The notes beneath the pieces were generated by a model. That model searched no databases. It saw only the letters and a program-made list of their open reading frames with translations, and had not been told where the DNA came from. The position numbers and the translations under genes are program-made. Positions 52,001 to 64,000 of a stretch of 64,000 nucleotides of DNA are shown here, in pieces; position 1 is the first letter of the stretch, and every line of letters starts with the position of its first letter. The DNA is from Tubulanus polymorphus (lineage: Eukaryota; Animalia; Nemertea). The DNA lies in contig NC_134026.1 in NCBI RefSeq assembly GCF_964204645.1, forward strand, positions 23,842,150 through 23,906,149. The letters run 5' to 3'.

Positions 52001-55000
52001 TCAAGGAATAGGACTGTTTAAAGCAACGCCAAGAATGAATGTCTCGAAGGAAATTTAGGATATCCTATCAGAGGACTTTGCGGGCATGTAACAGCGAAAC
52101 TAGGTAATTCTTCGGACTTAAGTTAACGCTGTGAATAGAAACATGGATAAACGTTTCGACAAAAAATGATAGTATTTAACATCAACTTCCTAAATAACAA
52201 ATAATTACCACCAGCGAAATTAACCCGCATATTATGTACAGCAAAAAATATGTTGAAACTATCGTAATTTCCTATAGTCTCTGGGTCACGATGGAATAAT
52301 TTCTGATAATAGTACATATCGACGACTACCCTCAACTCGGTTAGAGCGGTTCTGTCACTCAGAACAGTAACGTCATTCATAATTAGCAAAAATAGGAACA
52401 GATTGTTCTCTTGTCATTTTGCTTCTAGATTTGAGTATTTACGACCTCAATCTCCCTTAATCTCTGTCAATCCTGAAGATAAAATAAGGTATATGCTTTA
52501 AGGAAAATGCTAAATCAAATCTACACCACACTTCGATGCTTTGTTCGTATAAGTATATTTATATGATGCAAGAATGAGATGGCATTCGTGAGTGTGCAAT
52601 GCTTGCAGTGCATTTTCCCTACGGTTTATGGATCGAACCGAAATGACAAATCTGATCAACTGTTTTGCCAGACACGACATCGATCGTCGGACGATCACGC
52701 AGGCCAAATATTGGTCCCGTGGAAACACTGTCAAGAGTAGCCTGCCATGACAGATAACAGGCTAATCCTGATCGATAGCCAAATCCATCTTAGTCCGGAA
52801 TACAATTGCCTGATGATATCTCAATGCAGAAAATTAATTTTATTGAGCTAGCATGAAAATGCAATTTGATACGATCTCCCCGGCAGCACTGGCTGATTGA
52901 CAGTGGTCGGCGTGACGGCTAAGATAGCGCGAGGACATTCTGACGAACGAAATCGGAAAAGTTCGTTTTTTGACAGGGCCAGGTTTTATCAGCGGCAGTG
53001 CGACGCTGTTGTGTAATTGTTCGGAGATGTTCGACAGCTGAAGCCAATTTAGCTCAGTTTTAATGGAACGAGATACCGACCGTGGTTGACTTGTCTTTTT
53101 AACGCCGAATCAGCGCCTCCACGTTCGACTACGACAGCAATGATGTTGTGTATACGTACATTGGAAGTAGTTTTAGTTATCACGACATGCCAACCGCACC
53201 TGAAATCTAGATGATTTAAATCTATTCATAACGTCTCCTTGTGGCCATCTTTGAACAGGTCATGTTAGCGCTAGATGGCTGTGCGGGAGACAGGTCTGTA
53301 ATTACTTGCCAGCAACTCGAGTGGCTTAAGCGTTCGAATGGCCGGTAAATACTTTAATAACTACGGACCACTTCCGTGTCAACTGATTTAACGACTGTCG
53401 GATCACGAACATTACAATTCCAGTTTCCTTTCCTTGTGATTCTGGTGATGATAATGAGAGCGTATTTTAGGTTTTGGGAAACAATATCCGATAATGTCTG
53501 CTTTTTGGTTTTGCATCATCTAAAGCATGACCAATCGTAGAATATTGGGGGGATTGAGGGCAGACTATAAGCGTCGGTGAGTAATGCAGCAGACCAGACC
53601 TTTGCTACTGATACTATTGTACATGTTACGCGGCGATGAAAGAATCCGTTGTAATAATCGATTGGGTCGTTCTTTTTTACGGAAATCACAGCGGAGGGCC
53701 ATTCTGTAAAAATCTCAAAGATATATTCATCAGTTAAAATTGCCATCGATCGCGTCTCGTCGTCTCGTTGGGTGTCTTCCCAAACGTGTTGTTCGCGTCT
53801 CTTCGAGCAGAATTTCCATTTCCTCGGCGGCGACGGTTCGCTGAAAGTATAATGATTTAACAGAACCGGTGCCCAATAGTCAGAGCCAAGGCCCCGCGTT
53901 AAAAAGTACCACGTCGTGCGCAGTATACAGTAGTCTACAATTGAAGCGTCGCTAACTTAATGCGCTGGTGACTTTTAAAAAGCAACTGGTCAGAAGAAAA
54001 TGGATTACAATGGGTCGTTGTTATTCAGGAGATTTTTTCAGTGATGCGAAAAATCAGCCCACAGTAAAAGATGCCGGTTAATCCCCCGACGTGAAGCGTT
54101 AAGACACTAGACGTTCGTCTTGTGTCCATTGTACAACGGAGGACGTCACACTGGCCCACGTTTCTATTGATTTCACATTTTCCAATTAAATTTTCACTAA
54201 AGCTAATTATCTTAGAAGACTCAGTTCGCTCACCGGGGAACTGGAAATGAAGTCGAGTATCAAGGCTACGAAATGAAAGGTTATTCGTTCAATAAGACAA
54301 AATTAAGTGCTGTATCAGTGCCTGTTTCAGTTTTCGTCGTATAGTCATGAAAAATATGCTTTAAATCTGGAAGCCATTAACTCGATCGACGTCGCTGGGA
54401 TTTCAAATGATAAACGAGAATGAAATCGCACTTGAAACATGTCATAATATTGGGATTTGATGATATACTACTTCCATTATCGATATCATGACATTATAGC
54501 TATTGTTCAAACTTCACAGTCTTTGCTTAAACCATCGTTAATCCATTGAATTTATCAACATCAATTAAAAGCACGCTCGCAGCCGACACTGGCTAACTAA
54601 ACACTAACGCGCCACCACTGAATTAATATTTGCTAACAGAAATGAATTAGGATTTATAACTTTGCCGTCCAGGAAATTCTCAAATTTCAGAGACGCCTGA
54701 TCCCTTGACGGTCGTATATAGTGTTTTTAGTTGATTTAACCAGATTGCTTTTAACAATCTGAACGATATGCGCGACGCAAAGCGTATTCGGGAAAAAGAA
54801 TCTGGTTTAACGTGATCTATAAACGACGCAGTAACGAAGTTTATGTACGTACCTGGTAATAGAACCAAAAATCTTATGACTATCATTGAAACCTTGTTAA
54901 AACAATTTCCAATTGTATGCAACACATCTAATTACCCTCCCATTATCGTGCATGGAAAAAATGAGATAAATTGTCATGTATATTGCGTTTCCATTTGAAA

Positions 55001-58000
55001 AAAACCCGAAAATATATATCAGCTTTTTCACGATTTTATCATCTTCAGTTGATAGTATTCAGTGTTTCCAAACAAATATGACCCGAAAGTCTCTTGAAAC
55101 ATCAATTATTCAATAATTGCCCACTTGGCAGTGAATGATCACTTTTTAATCTCGTCTCCAATAAATCAGGAGCGAACAGATTACTTGGCACGGGCATTAA
55201 TGGGGGCAAATATGACCAAGAAGCCTATTTGTGTTATGAAATATAGCTTAATTAGATACCATTAATTATGCTCACGATCGTAGAATGGACCCATAAAAGA
55301 TGTTTTAATAGTACGTTACCCGTAAGTGTACGGGCCATGTGTCATTGATGTGATATTTGTTATTAATGCAATATCACGTATACGTCCTCCACCAAATTTC
55401 TATAAAATGCGATTATTTACGATAATTCCTCGAGATGGTAACGCCACTATAAGCTGTGAATTTTTTACAAGTCGATATAAAAAGCAATAGCCAATGGCCA
55501 ATTATTTCAGTTTCTAATAGCTTTTCGAAAAAACATCTTTCAACATTGTAGATGATATTATATATTGTTCATTTCATTAACCATGGACTTTTGTAAACAT
55601 GTACTATAGTCCATGCAGCAACGCATAAACTTTATTTTCAAATATTACACCTACAAATGGAACGGTGTTATGACGATGACATTAGAATGGATAAGGTTAT
55701 GATGGCCGCCGAGAAGCTAGTCCATGGCCCCTGCAGTCACATTACTTTACGGCGTAATTATGCGTAATATTTGAAAAACCCTTGAAACAGACTCCGTGTT
55801 GAAATAGTCAGGTGCTCGAAGGCTGGGATAGTAAATAAAAACCGATCACGCCATTAACGTAGAGTAATGAATTATTGTTCATCTGTTTAACAAAATTATC
55901 GATACCAGGTGCGAAACAGCTCTCGTCAAATATTGGATTATCTAACTGACAATGGGGACTGAAAAACGCGTACATTATAAAGATATTTTCATATCAGTTA
56001 TAGAGATTCCCCAGATAGCAAGAAAGGGCGCGACACCGCTGTTCCGCCATTAATAGAGACTGGTACCTACAGGCTGGCCCAAGAGTATTGCGTGCCGTCA
56101 TAAAACACAAATAGATGCTGCAGATACAAATATCCTTCTATTCACCAAGTCAACTGATGTCATCTCTATTGGGTATCGCCGGTGACGATACATTTTAAAT
56201 GTATAATTGCAGCTACGTGCGATAACGACCACATTACCGTGGCTGCTTTATGATCCCGATACATAAAACGGGCGCGGAACTTAGACGGCGCGGCATCCCC
56301 GGGGACCAGCGCGCGCATCAAAATGCAAATAAATGACATTCGGAGTCAAATTTGATAAGACGCTAATGCTTTGAAGCGGCTGTCTTCGCAAATCCGACGG
56401 CAGGCTAGAACGCCGTGGAGGATGTACCAAACGACATGAAATGATAACCAATCCCCGTGATCCAAAGGCTCAATTTTAGCTTTGATGATCGCGCGACGGT
56501 AAGACAAAAATCGATCATTCTTCCAAGAAACCCAGCATAAGGCGTCAGAATTTATTTTCGTGAGATGATAAGATTGTGTACTGAGCACAATACTAGATCG
56601 GTCACCGTTCAGCGGTATTTTCCCAATAAGATCGTCAACGTCAACAATATTTAGAGGTCGGAGAAGGACGACTTCTAACGCTACAAGGTGTTGTTCCTAG
56701 ATTAGACAATGAAATTCTATATTTAAAAAAAATCCGCTCGCCTGTCGTTTATACTTTGATATAAGATCCAACGCTAAAAGCTTTACACGCCATGAATCAA
56801 AGAGACACATCTCAGATAAAAACAAGACACATTTGCCCACTCGACTTATTCCGCACCACTGACATTGTCAGTTTCCTACTGAAAATCGAGGACATCTTCT
56901 ATAAAACTAATTCGAGTGGTGACAAAAACAGTAAGGCACTGGATTTCAGTTATTGTGGTCGCTGAACTCGACTCGACAGGAAGTGTGTATCCGTGTCCAG
57001 CGACCATGAAAATATCCATTAGGTTTTATCGTAGTAGTATGGCGCAATGCTCCCGAGACCTGTAACTTCAAAGCTCTGCCCACCAGCGATTTTCGAGCGT
57101 CGGCGAAGCGAAATAATTATAACATTTGCACTCAATAACTTTACGGTGTTCGTTTCAAACAATGACTTCTTGCCACGCAGCAATGGAGGACCAAATGTTT
57201 GGAAAGTTCCAAGTGTGAGTTGATCACACTGGGTTATAGTCTTCACCCTTAATGGAACTCCTCAAATGTATTGAGGAATTGTAAAATCGTTGACCATCAG
57301 ACCGATAAAAAGTCAGATCCTTAAAAATCTATGTTATTCCGGTCTTCAAGAAAGGCTTGTCATACTGATTTGACGTGCCGATAAAGACATATCTATCGAA
57401 AGATTTGATCAGATTTATCTCTCCTTATCTAGTGACTGGACATGAGCGTTTTGTTTTCTTTTCATTATCGAATTGAAACTACCCTAGATTACCGCATGTT
57501 ATACTTGGCAAAAGCAAGTCAATCAATCCTTCGCTACATATTTCTCGACTAACATTTTGTACAGAGCTCACTGCGTTTTCGTTTTTCGTTGATATGTAAG
57601 GAAACATTAAATTTTCCATAATTCCCATATACAAGCCGAGCTAAATTACTGTTAGACACATAAACAGTAACGAAAAAGATTATCGTTATCGTGTCGGTCC
57701 AATCGAAGAAAATATGTGGACCTATCTCTGAAAATGATATTGCCGCCAGTCTTGTGGTCGTATTCGAGTTGACTGCACAGTTAGTCGTCGACATGACGCT
57801 AATATCATGTGATGATTCAATCAATTCCAAGTCTTCACCGCCGACTGATGATCCTACAAAATCTAATTTGGCTCGTATCATCTTGCAGAAGGTCCCTGCA
57901 TACATCAAGAAGTAATTAACTCTTCAGTTTCATGAGTTGTCACAACTGGTGTATGTAAGTCAGTGCAATTGATGTGTCGTATACTGTAGCTTTTTGTCAA

Positions 58001-61000
58001 TAAGGCGACCGCATTCTCATTTTTAAGAAGGTTACACTCAACGAAAACTGGGTTAATATTTCGCTATTAATCATACGTTTTATCATGCCGTATATTCTGC
58101 GAAGACGACACAATCCAATACGTCCGATCAAATCAAATTCAAATGCTGGTACATGCGTATACATCGACAATAAGGTCACAACAACATTGCTAGGCATATT
58201 TTGGAAAAAAAACACAATTTTGGATAGCTACAGTACAAAACTGGTGAGAGAAGTGAGACGGGCGGATAATTTGAGAATTATCAATAACCATAATCATAAG
58301 TATATTAGATTAAATGCGACCCGCCGTAGAGTAGAAAACTCAAGGGGAACGTGTGCTTAACTTCATCCTGCAACTCCGGCGTTGCCCTCATAACAGTACC
58401 ACTTCAACATCTGCACAGCGTCGAGTCCCGGCGAATTCATAATCATATTGCAAGTTATAAGAAGCCAAAAGCACGAAGGACCCGCTATTATAGATCCAAG
58501 TACTTGCTAAGCTGAGGGAGATTTTATTTGCATAACTCTCGTCAGACACTTGAGGTAATCGAAGGGCATACTTCACGTAGCGATCTATCATAAGCCTGTC
58601 TCCACAACAAGGGCGAACGGATTCTTTAGGCATCTTAGTCGGAAGACGTCGAGAGCTCACACGGAGACTTGTGCACTACTTTTGACACAATCGAGGAAAT
58701 AGGCAAGAGATTCGAATGTTTACAAATCATACTGGAATTTCGGATTGCTCCACAGCGACTGGCGACGTGCTCAGAGATGCTTCACGGGAAGTCAAGTTTT
58801 ACTCGTGTACTGATGATGATAATGACGTATACGAGATGATTGGAAGTCGTGTGTTCGGGGTATGCGCGTTATCGCTAAGTCACATCAGGAACGGCAATGG
58901 CTGACTCAAGAACTTATATCAGCAGCACTCCGGGGATTTTGCGGTCTTAATAGCGCAATGATATACTGTAAGAGATGATTCCGAAATATAACGTTATCTA
59001 AACTGTAGTGCGCTCAGTCATATGAAAAGATTTGCCTACTCTGTACGAAACGATATTCGACAAACCAGAAAACCGTCTCCCGTTCTTAGGGCTGGATGCG
59101 AGCATCAAATGGGGACAGAGGGCTTGTGTTAAGAGGGGCTATGTAAGACTTATTCAAGCGTGAACTCCATCCCAAAAAACTGCTTGAAACTAATGAGAAA
59201 TACTGACACTCCGATTCCTATTACCGAAAAAATCGCAAACCCTTTGCGCTTGTCGATTCAAAAAATACCGTGATCGTGCAAATGAAAATAGTTGACAGTA
59301 AAAACAAAACGAATTTTAAGTGACTATCGCTGTTGTTCATGATTTGGCTGGCTATCATGTTTTAATAAGTACATTGAAAATCGCTTAACAAGAAATATTT
59401 CTCGTGTAGTGAAGTCCATATTTTATTTCTGGTGGGAAGCAGCCAATTAATGACGAAAGGAACGAGATCAGTATTTCAGTTTAGTTTTCTTAATTGCCTC
59501 GTTGTCGATTTATCGTGACGTTTCCTGCAGTTTCAAACGAGGAAGTCACGTGAACTGTGCAATCTTTAACCGTCGGTTAAACTGTATGCGCACGCACACC
59601 GCTGTATTCTCAACAAAGGTGAATGGCCTTTACTCTGAATCTAATGAAATAAAGAAAGTATTGCTGCAAAGCAGCGATAACGTTTTTTGCCTTAGAGGGC
59701 TGATTTTGGGATTCTTGGAGCCACCCTTTTCTCGCTCCAGCGGCTGAATTACAAATGGCATCGTTCGGCCATCACATCGGTGTCAGTCGATTTTGAATTC
59801 TGGAATTTCTATCGGAGTCACATCGTAGTTAGATTTTTATTGACTTTTCGGCTCGAATCCGGGAAGATTCAAATTCTTGCATCTAACGCTGTTGCAAAAA
59901 TGAATACCGGATTTCCTCAATGAAATTATTGCATTGTCGGGACACGCCTTTATGGGGAAATGAATACAGGCAAGCAATCACTATACGTAGTCTGTTCTTG
60001 CGGATAACTTTGAAAATTGGAAGATATATATTGATAATCATCATTACCAGAATACCAAAAGGTTTTCTGCGAAAAACAGAAAACCCTGATAACAATAAGG
60101 TTTCTATCGAGTGGACAAAAATTCCTGATTGTTTGAAGTAGCTGCTTTAAAGAACCAAACGCGGAACTGGGGCTATACTCCTCTAGGTGGTAGCTTCGCT
60201 CACAAAGCATACGACTAGAATAAATGATTTCATCATCACATCTCACATTGTACGTCGGCATTGAATATCTGAATGAATACACATACGTATATGTATATAT
60301 CAATCAGTGTTTTATGAACTGTTTAATATTGAATTAAGTCCGTGAAGAGGCATTGCATAAGTAGTTTATCGGAATTTATTACAATCTACGAATGAGACAT
60401 ATTCGTCGAGTTTACATCGGGAGCCAAACAGATGAAATGATTTTCACGTATAGCTGCTGGCGATCGGGGTTAATACACATGCGGGCATATAAATTAGATT
60501 TCCCTGTCAAGTATCATGGTCCGAGAAGATTTTATTACATTAATCAAGGGAATTTCCACGATTTATTCTTACAGCGGCAACGTCATTTCGTCCGAGTAAA
60601 ATAAATCGTGTGCCATGGTCATCGGGCAACTGGGATATTTGTCACTGACCATAACTGGATTTATTTGCGATAACAACTCAATGCGTGTATGCAAGCCCCG
60701 TGAGGGTAGAATCGTTGTCGCCACCTCGGCGACTGGAACGAGCTCGGCAGATGCCGCAGCGCCGACCGAGGGTCTGAACCCCGCGCGCGGTACGGCGTTT
60801 ATGGTGACACTGACAGGTGAAATGCGAGTAAAGGCCGTGCAATATATCCGCACGAACACGCAAGATTTCGATGAGACATTACGGTCGATGGAAGGTCTGT
60901 TCATTATAAAACTATTACATAAATGTCAGAATTGATGAAGTTGTGAGCCAAACCAGCCGATCCATTGTTACTGACGATCGACAGCGGTGTTTCAGTAGCA

Positions 61001-61256
61001 AATTAATTTCAAATCTCGACCGGCGTTGGTGAGCGGCATTTTGTCAAAGGAGTGACGTTGTGTCACATTGATGAATATTTCTGGCTGGAATGGAACTCGT
61101 TGCCCATTTGTTAACGTAGTAGACGAATTCATTATAATGAATGTATACATTATAAGATCAACTATACGGAGACAGAAACGTCATTAGATACTCAAAGCAA
61201 TATCGAAATCGTCGCTGATGGTCGGATTGCTTGACAGCAATATAACGATGGGAAGA

Positions 61257-61586
61257 TCACGATTGGTAGAACACTATATCCGTGTTGACGCGATGAGGAG
61301 AGAATCCCACAATGATAATAAAAAGTCCGAAAATGAAACTTCGAGATAGTAGTTTATTTCAACGTTTCGACTATATCCTAATAGTCATCTTCAGGAATAA
61401 TGAGATACTACAGAAATTATGAGATATATATATACAATCCAGAGACAAAGAGACTAATTCAAGTAATCAGAGATGATACAAACTAAAGGAAAATTAACGT
61501 AGAAACTGTTTCTACGTTAATTTTTAAACTACTATCTCGAAGTTTCATTTTCGGACCTTTTATTATCATTGTGAGATTCTCTCCTC
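61257..61586 (-). mobile_element. Penelope-type insertion with inverted termini, hammerhead motif and 13-bp flanking direct repeat
   Basis: 63-bp inverted repeats at 61294-61356 and 61525-61587 with two mismatches. AACGATGGGAAGA at 61244-61256 and 61587-61599. Internal perfect 17-bp-arm palindrome at 61490-61524. Confidence 0.8.
61354..61400 (-). ncRNA. Minimal type I hammerhead ribozyme motif
   Basis: TTATTC-CTGAAGA-T-GACTAT-TAGGAT-ATAGTC-GAAA-CG-TT-GAAATAA. Intact core, 6-bp stem II, palindromic AACGTT in place of stem III, and a plausible stem I. Confidence 0.7.
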
Positions 61587-62108
61587 AACGATGGGAAGAA
61601 TTAATCTGTGGCATAAATGCCATAATAGACAATTTAATCAAAAAGATACTACCTATCCTCTGCTAATATATATTTTGTTGTTTTATTCGTTTGCTTCTGA
61701 GTCACAATCCATTATGAAACACAAATATTTCAAGGATATATTCTCCCATCCAAAGTTAAGATATGATTCGAATTTTACTTACAGCAGCAATCCAGGATGG
61801 ACAAAATTGTTTGTGAACGAATTGATACAAAACAGAATAGCTCACCACCCCCTGCTACTCACTCCCTCCCCTCCCCTCTTTTCAGGTCAGGCAATTATTT
61901 TTTGCGAAAAGGAAGTTACTCAGTTTCTCTATAATCCCCTTTTGGAGGCCTATACCCATTGTGCTGATGAAAACCGCATGATACGACCCCTGTATAATCG
62001 TATATCTATTTTTTCCGAGGTGCGCGCGCGAATTATGGAAAGAAATCTCTTCCAAGTCATCGAATTGTGCAGTATCTTTTGTGCGGTGACTGTCCCACGA
62101 GAACGCGC

Positions 62109-62655
62109 TTATTTTCTGCGGGTTCTCTGATGTACACCGCCCGTAATTAATACATTTTCTAGCTGGCTGCAGGCTTTGGAGATTCGCGCCACTGGGAAAG
62201 TAACGCAATTACAATCACCAAACAGTTTCCTATTGAAGCCAAGTCTACAGACAAGATAGTGATCTAATTGTTCATCAAACCGAAGCAAGTGTAAGATACT
62301 TAGCGTATACATCGTTCTGTCGGAATTTATTCCATCTTCCACTTTAACCAAAGTCCCCCAGGTGCAACAATCAGGCGACCAATGATAAGAAGCAACTTCT
62401 TTGCCGAAAGTTTCTTCGTGATCATTCACCGTAATCACATTATAAGCACGACAGACTGCTGTGTATCCTGCTGAAAAAGATAGTTTCTTCAGACATATCG
62501 CCTCCTCCATAACACAAATCATACACAAATCAAAATATAGACCCTGTTCTTTAAATTCATTGAGATCGACAAGAGTTTCTTGGCGCGAGAAGAAATTACC
62601 AAATAACAATCCTTTTCCTCGAGGGTAAGATATCTTGAGAGTAAAACCTGTTCTC
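62109..62655 (-). CDS. Possible terminal coding exon or pseudo-exon of an unidentified gene
   Basis: 198-codon open frame with protein-like composition and a pyrimidine tract plus CAG ending at 62656. No family recognised, and ORFs of similar length elsewhere in the window look spurious. Confidence 0.3.
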
Positions 62656-64000
62656 CTGGCAGGTGATAAGACATCAGAAAAAAATGATAAAACAAGCATA
62701 TACAATGCGTAGCTATATGGGTGTTGATTGGAGCCAATATGTCAAAATTTGTCTTCGGCAAAATGAAACGTACATTAATTGAAAACAAATGAGAAACCGA
62801 AGTGAACAAGAAAATTGCTGACGGCAAAATTAGATAGCTTGTCGCCTGTTTCATTTCGTATCTTTTAATCTGCGCTTTACTGACCCGAGGGTTTGAATTA
62901 ACTGCTGCAACCTCAATGACAAACTATGAAAATATTTGTTGCGAATCAATAAGAATGGTAACTCAATCAAAAACTAACAGCAGATGGAAAGAAAACATGT
63001 CAATCCCATGGGCATCGAACTATCGTCGGCTCGTTGCGGGAGAGACAAATATTCATAGGTTTTAATTATGTTACTAGCATTACGACTCCTCTAGGATGGT
63101 AACACTTCTAAATAGGCTTGCACGATTGATACACACGTAAATTAAGTCATAGCATGATTTCGAGCAGGGGGTGACGACAACCGGGGAAATCTGGTAAACA
63201 AACGACACCAGTCGAAATTTATTTTGACGCAGCTGCAGTGCAAGATGCAGCTGCAATGTTCACGTAGAATCTTATAAAGTTAAGCTCAAAAATCTTTTAC
63301 CAGTTCTTTCTTTTTCACGCAACAGCGGATTGTACAAGAGTTTTGCTGTTGACCTGATACTGAGCATACGTAAGTTTTTATGTGATATTCGTGTTTGGTG
63401 AAGTTACACCATATCGTTCGTAGTGAAAAATTGAACTTTTCGTCCGTGTCTATTCGGGCTTATGCCGACGCCATCTGATCTATCACGTGCGCTGTAGATG
63501 AAGTTGAAAAAGACATTTGGGCTCAAGAGAAAAACACCGACTTAAACACTAGAGCTCAACAACGGGATCCGAACGCATATTATTTTTTACGCATACATCC
63601 AGATAGCGACGTCTCTGTTGAGAGATGTGAGGAAAGCTCATTTCCAGCTTCATAAATGCCCGATTAGGTAGCGATAGTTGCCATCACAGGGAGGGATTGA
63701 TCGCCTCAACATGAATTATGTATGAATCATAAAGCCATGAACATCGGTACCGTTTAAGAGCACTCCTAAGACTCAGCGTCAAAAATCCCCGTACTGCGCG
63801 CTCACATTATTCTAATGTGAATATTAAAAGCTGATTTATACAAAAGACAATGATTAGAAACATCCGCCAATGTCTTCGTTTACGCATCGATGAACTTCGG
63901 CCAAATAACAAGTTTTCTACAAAAGATGACAGCTGGGCCTTTGATTTGGAAAAGCATATCCGTGGTATTTACGTACACCACCTTATATGTGGCTTTATTA

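Noticed and set aside
60569-60935. Overlapping ORFs on both strands in a GC-richer patch
   Set aside because: No domain or splice support. Better explained as regulatory sequence with TGACAG and TTTAT motifs.
61591-62130. 179-aa + strand ORF
   Set aside because: It starts inside the duplicated target site of the insertion, has low-complexity composition and no recognisable family.

Overview
Animal (invertebrate, probably spiralian) genomic DNA, AT-rich, with spliceosomal introns. Three protein genes are well supported: the 3' part of a hillarin/KY-like pseudo-transglutaminase gene (+, six coding exons 129-2927), a GPR161-like rhodopsin-class GPCR with a single coding exon (-, 4559-6103), and a complete Lhx1/5 (Lim1) LIM-homeobox gene (-, seven coding exons 32599 to 11790, including a 27-nt microexon). 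About 30 kb of gene desert lies upstream of Lhx1/5, and Pbx-Meis motifs are over-represented in and around that gene. Mobile DNA comprises a Penelope-like GIY-YIG remnant, several Penelope-type repeats with minimal hammerhead ribozyme motifs, and MITEs. The most unusual feature is the roughly 2.9-kb interval 7968-10854 between GPR161 and the Lhx1/5 3' end. It has no long ORF, is densely tiled with nested helices, is closed by pairing of its two ends, shows G-U wobbles that favour the + strand, contains a probable GC-AG intron and starts just after two CRE sites. It is a candidate large structured non-coding RNA that I cannot assign to a known family. All helices, splice sites and motif counts were found by eye, and no searches or folding programs were run.
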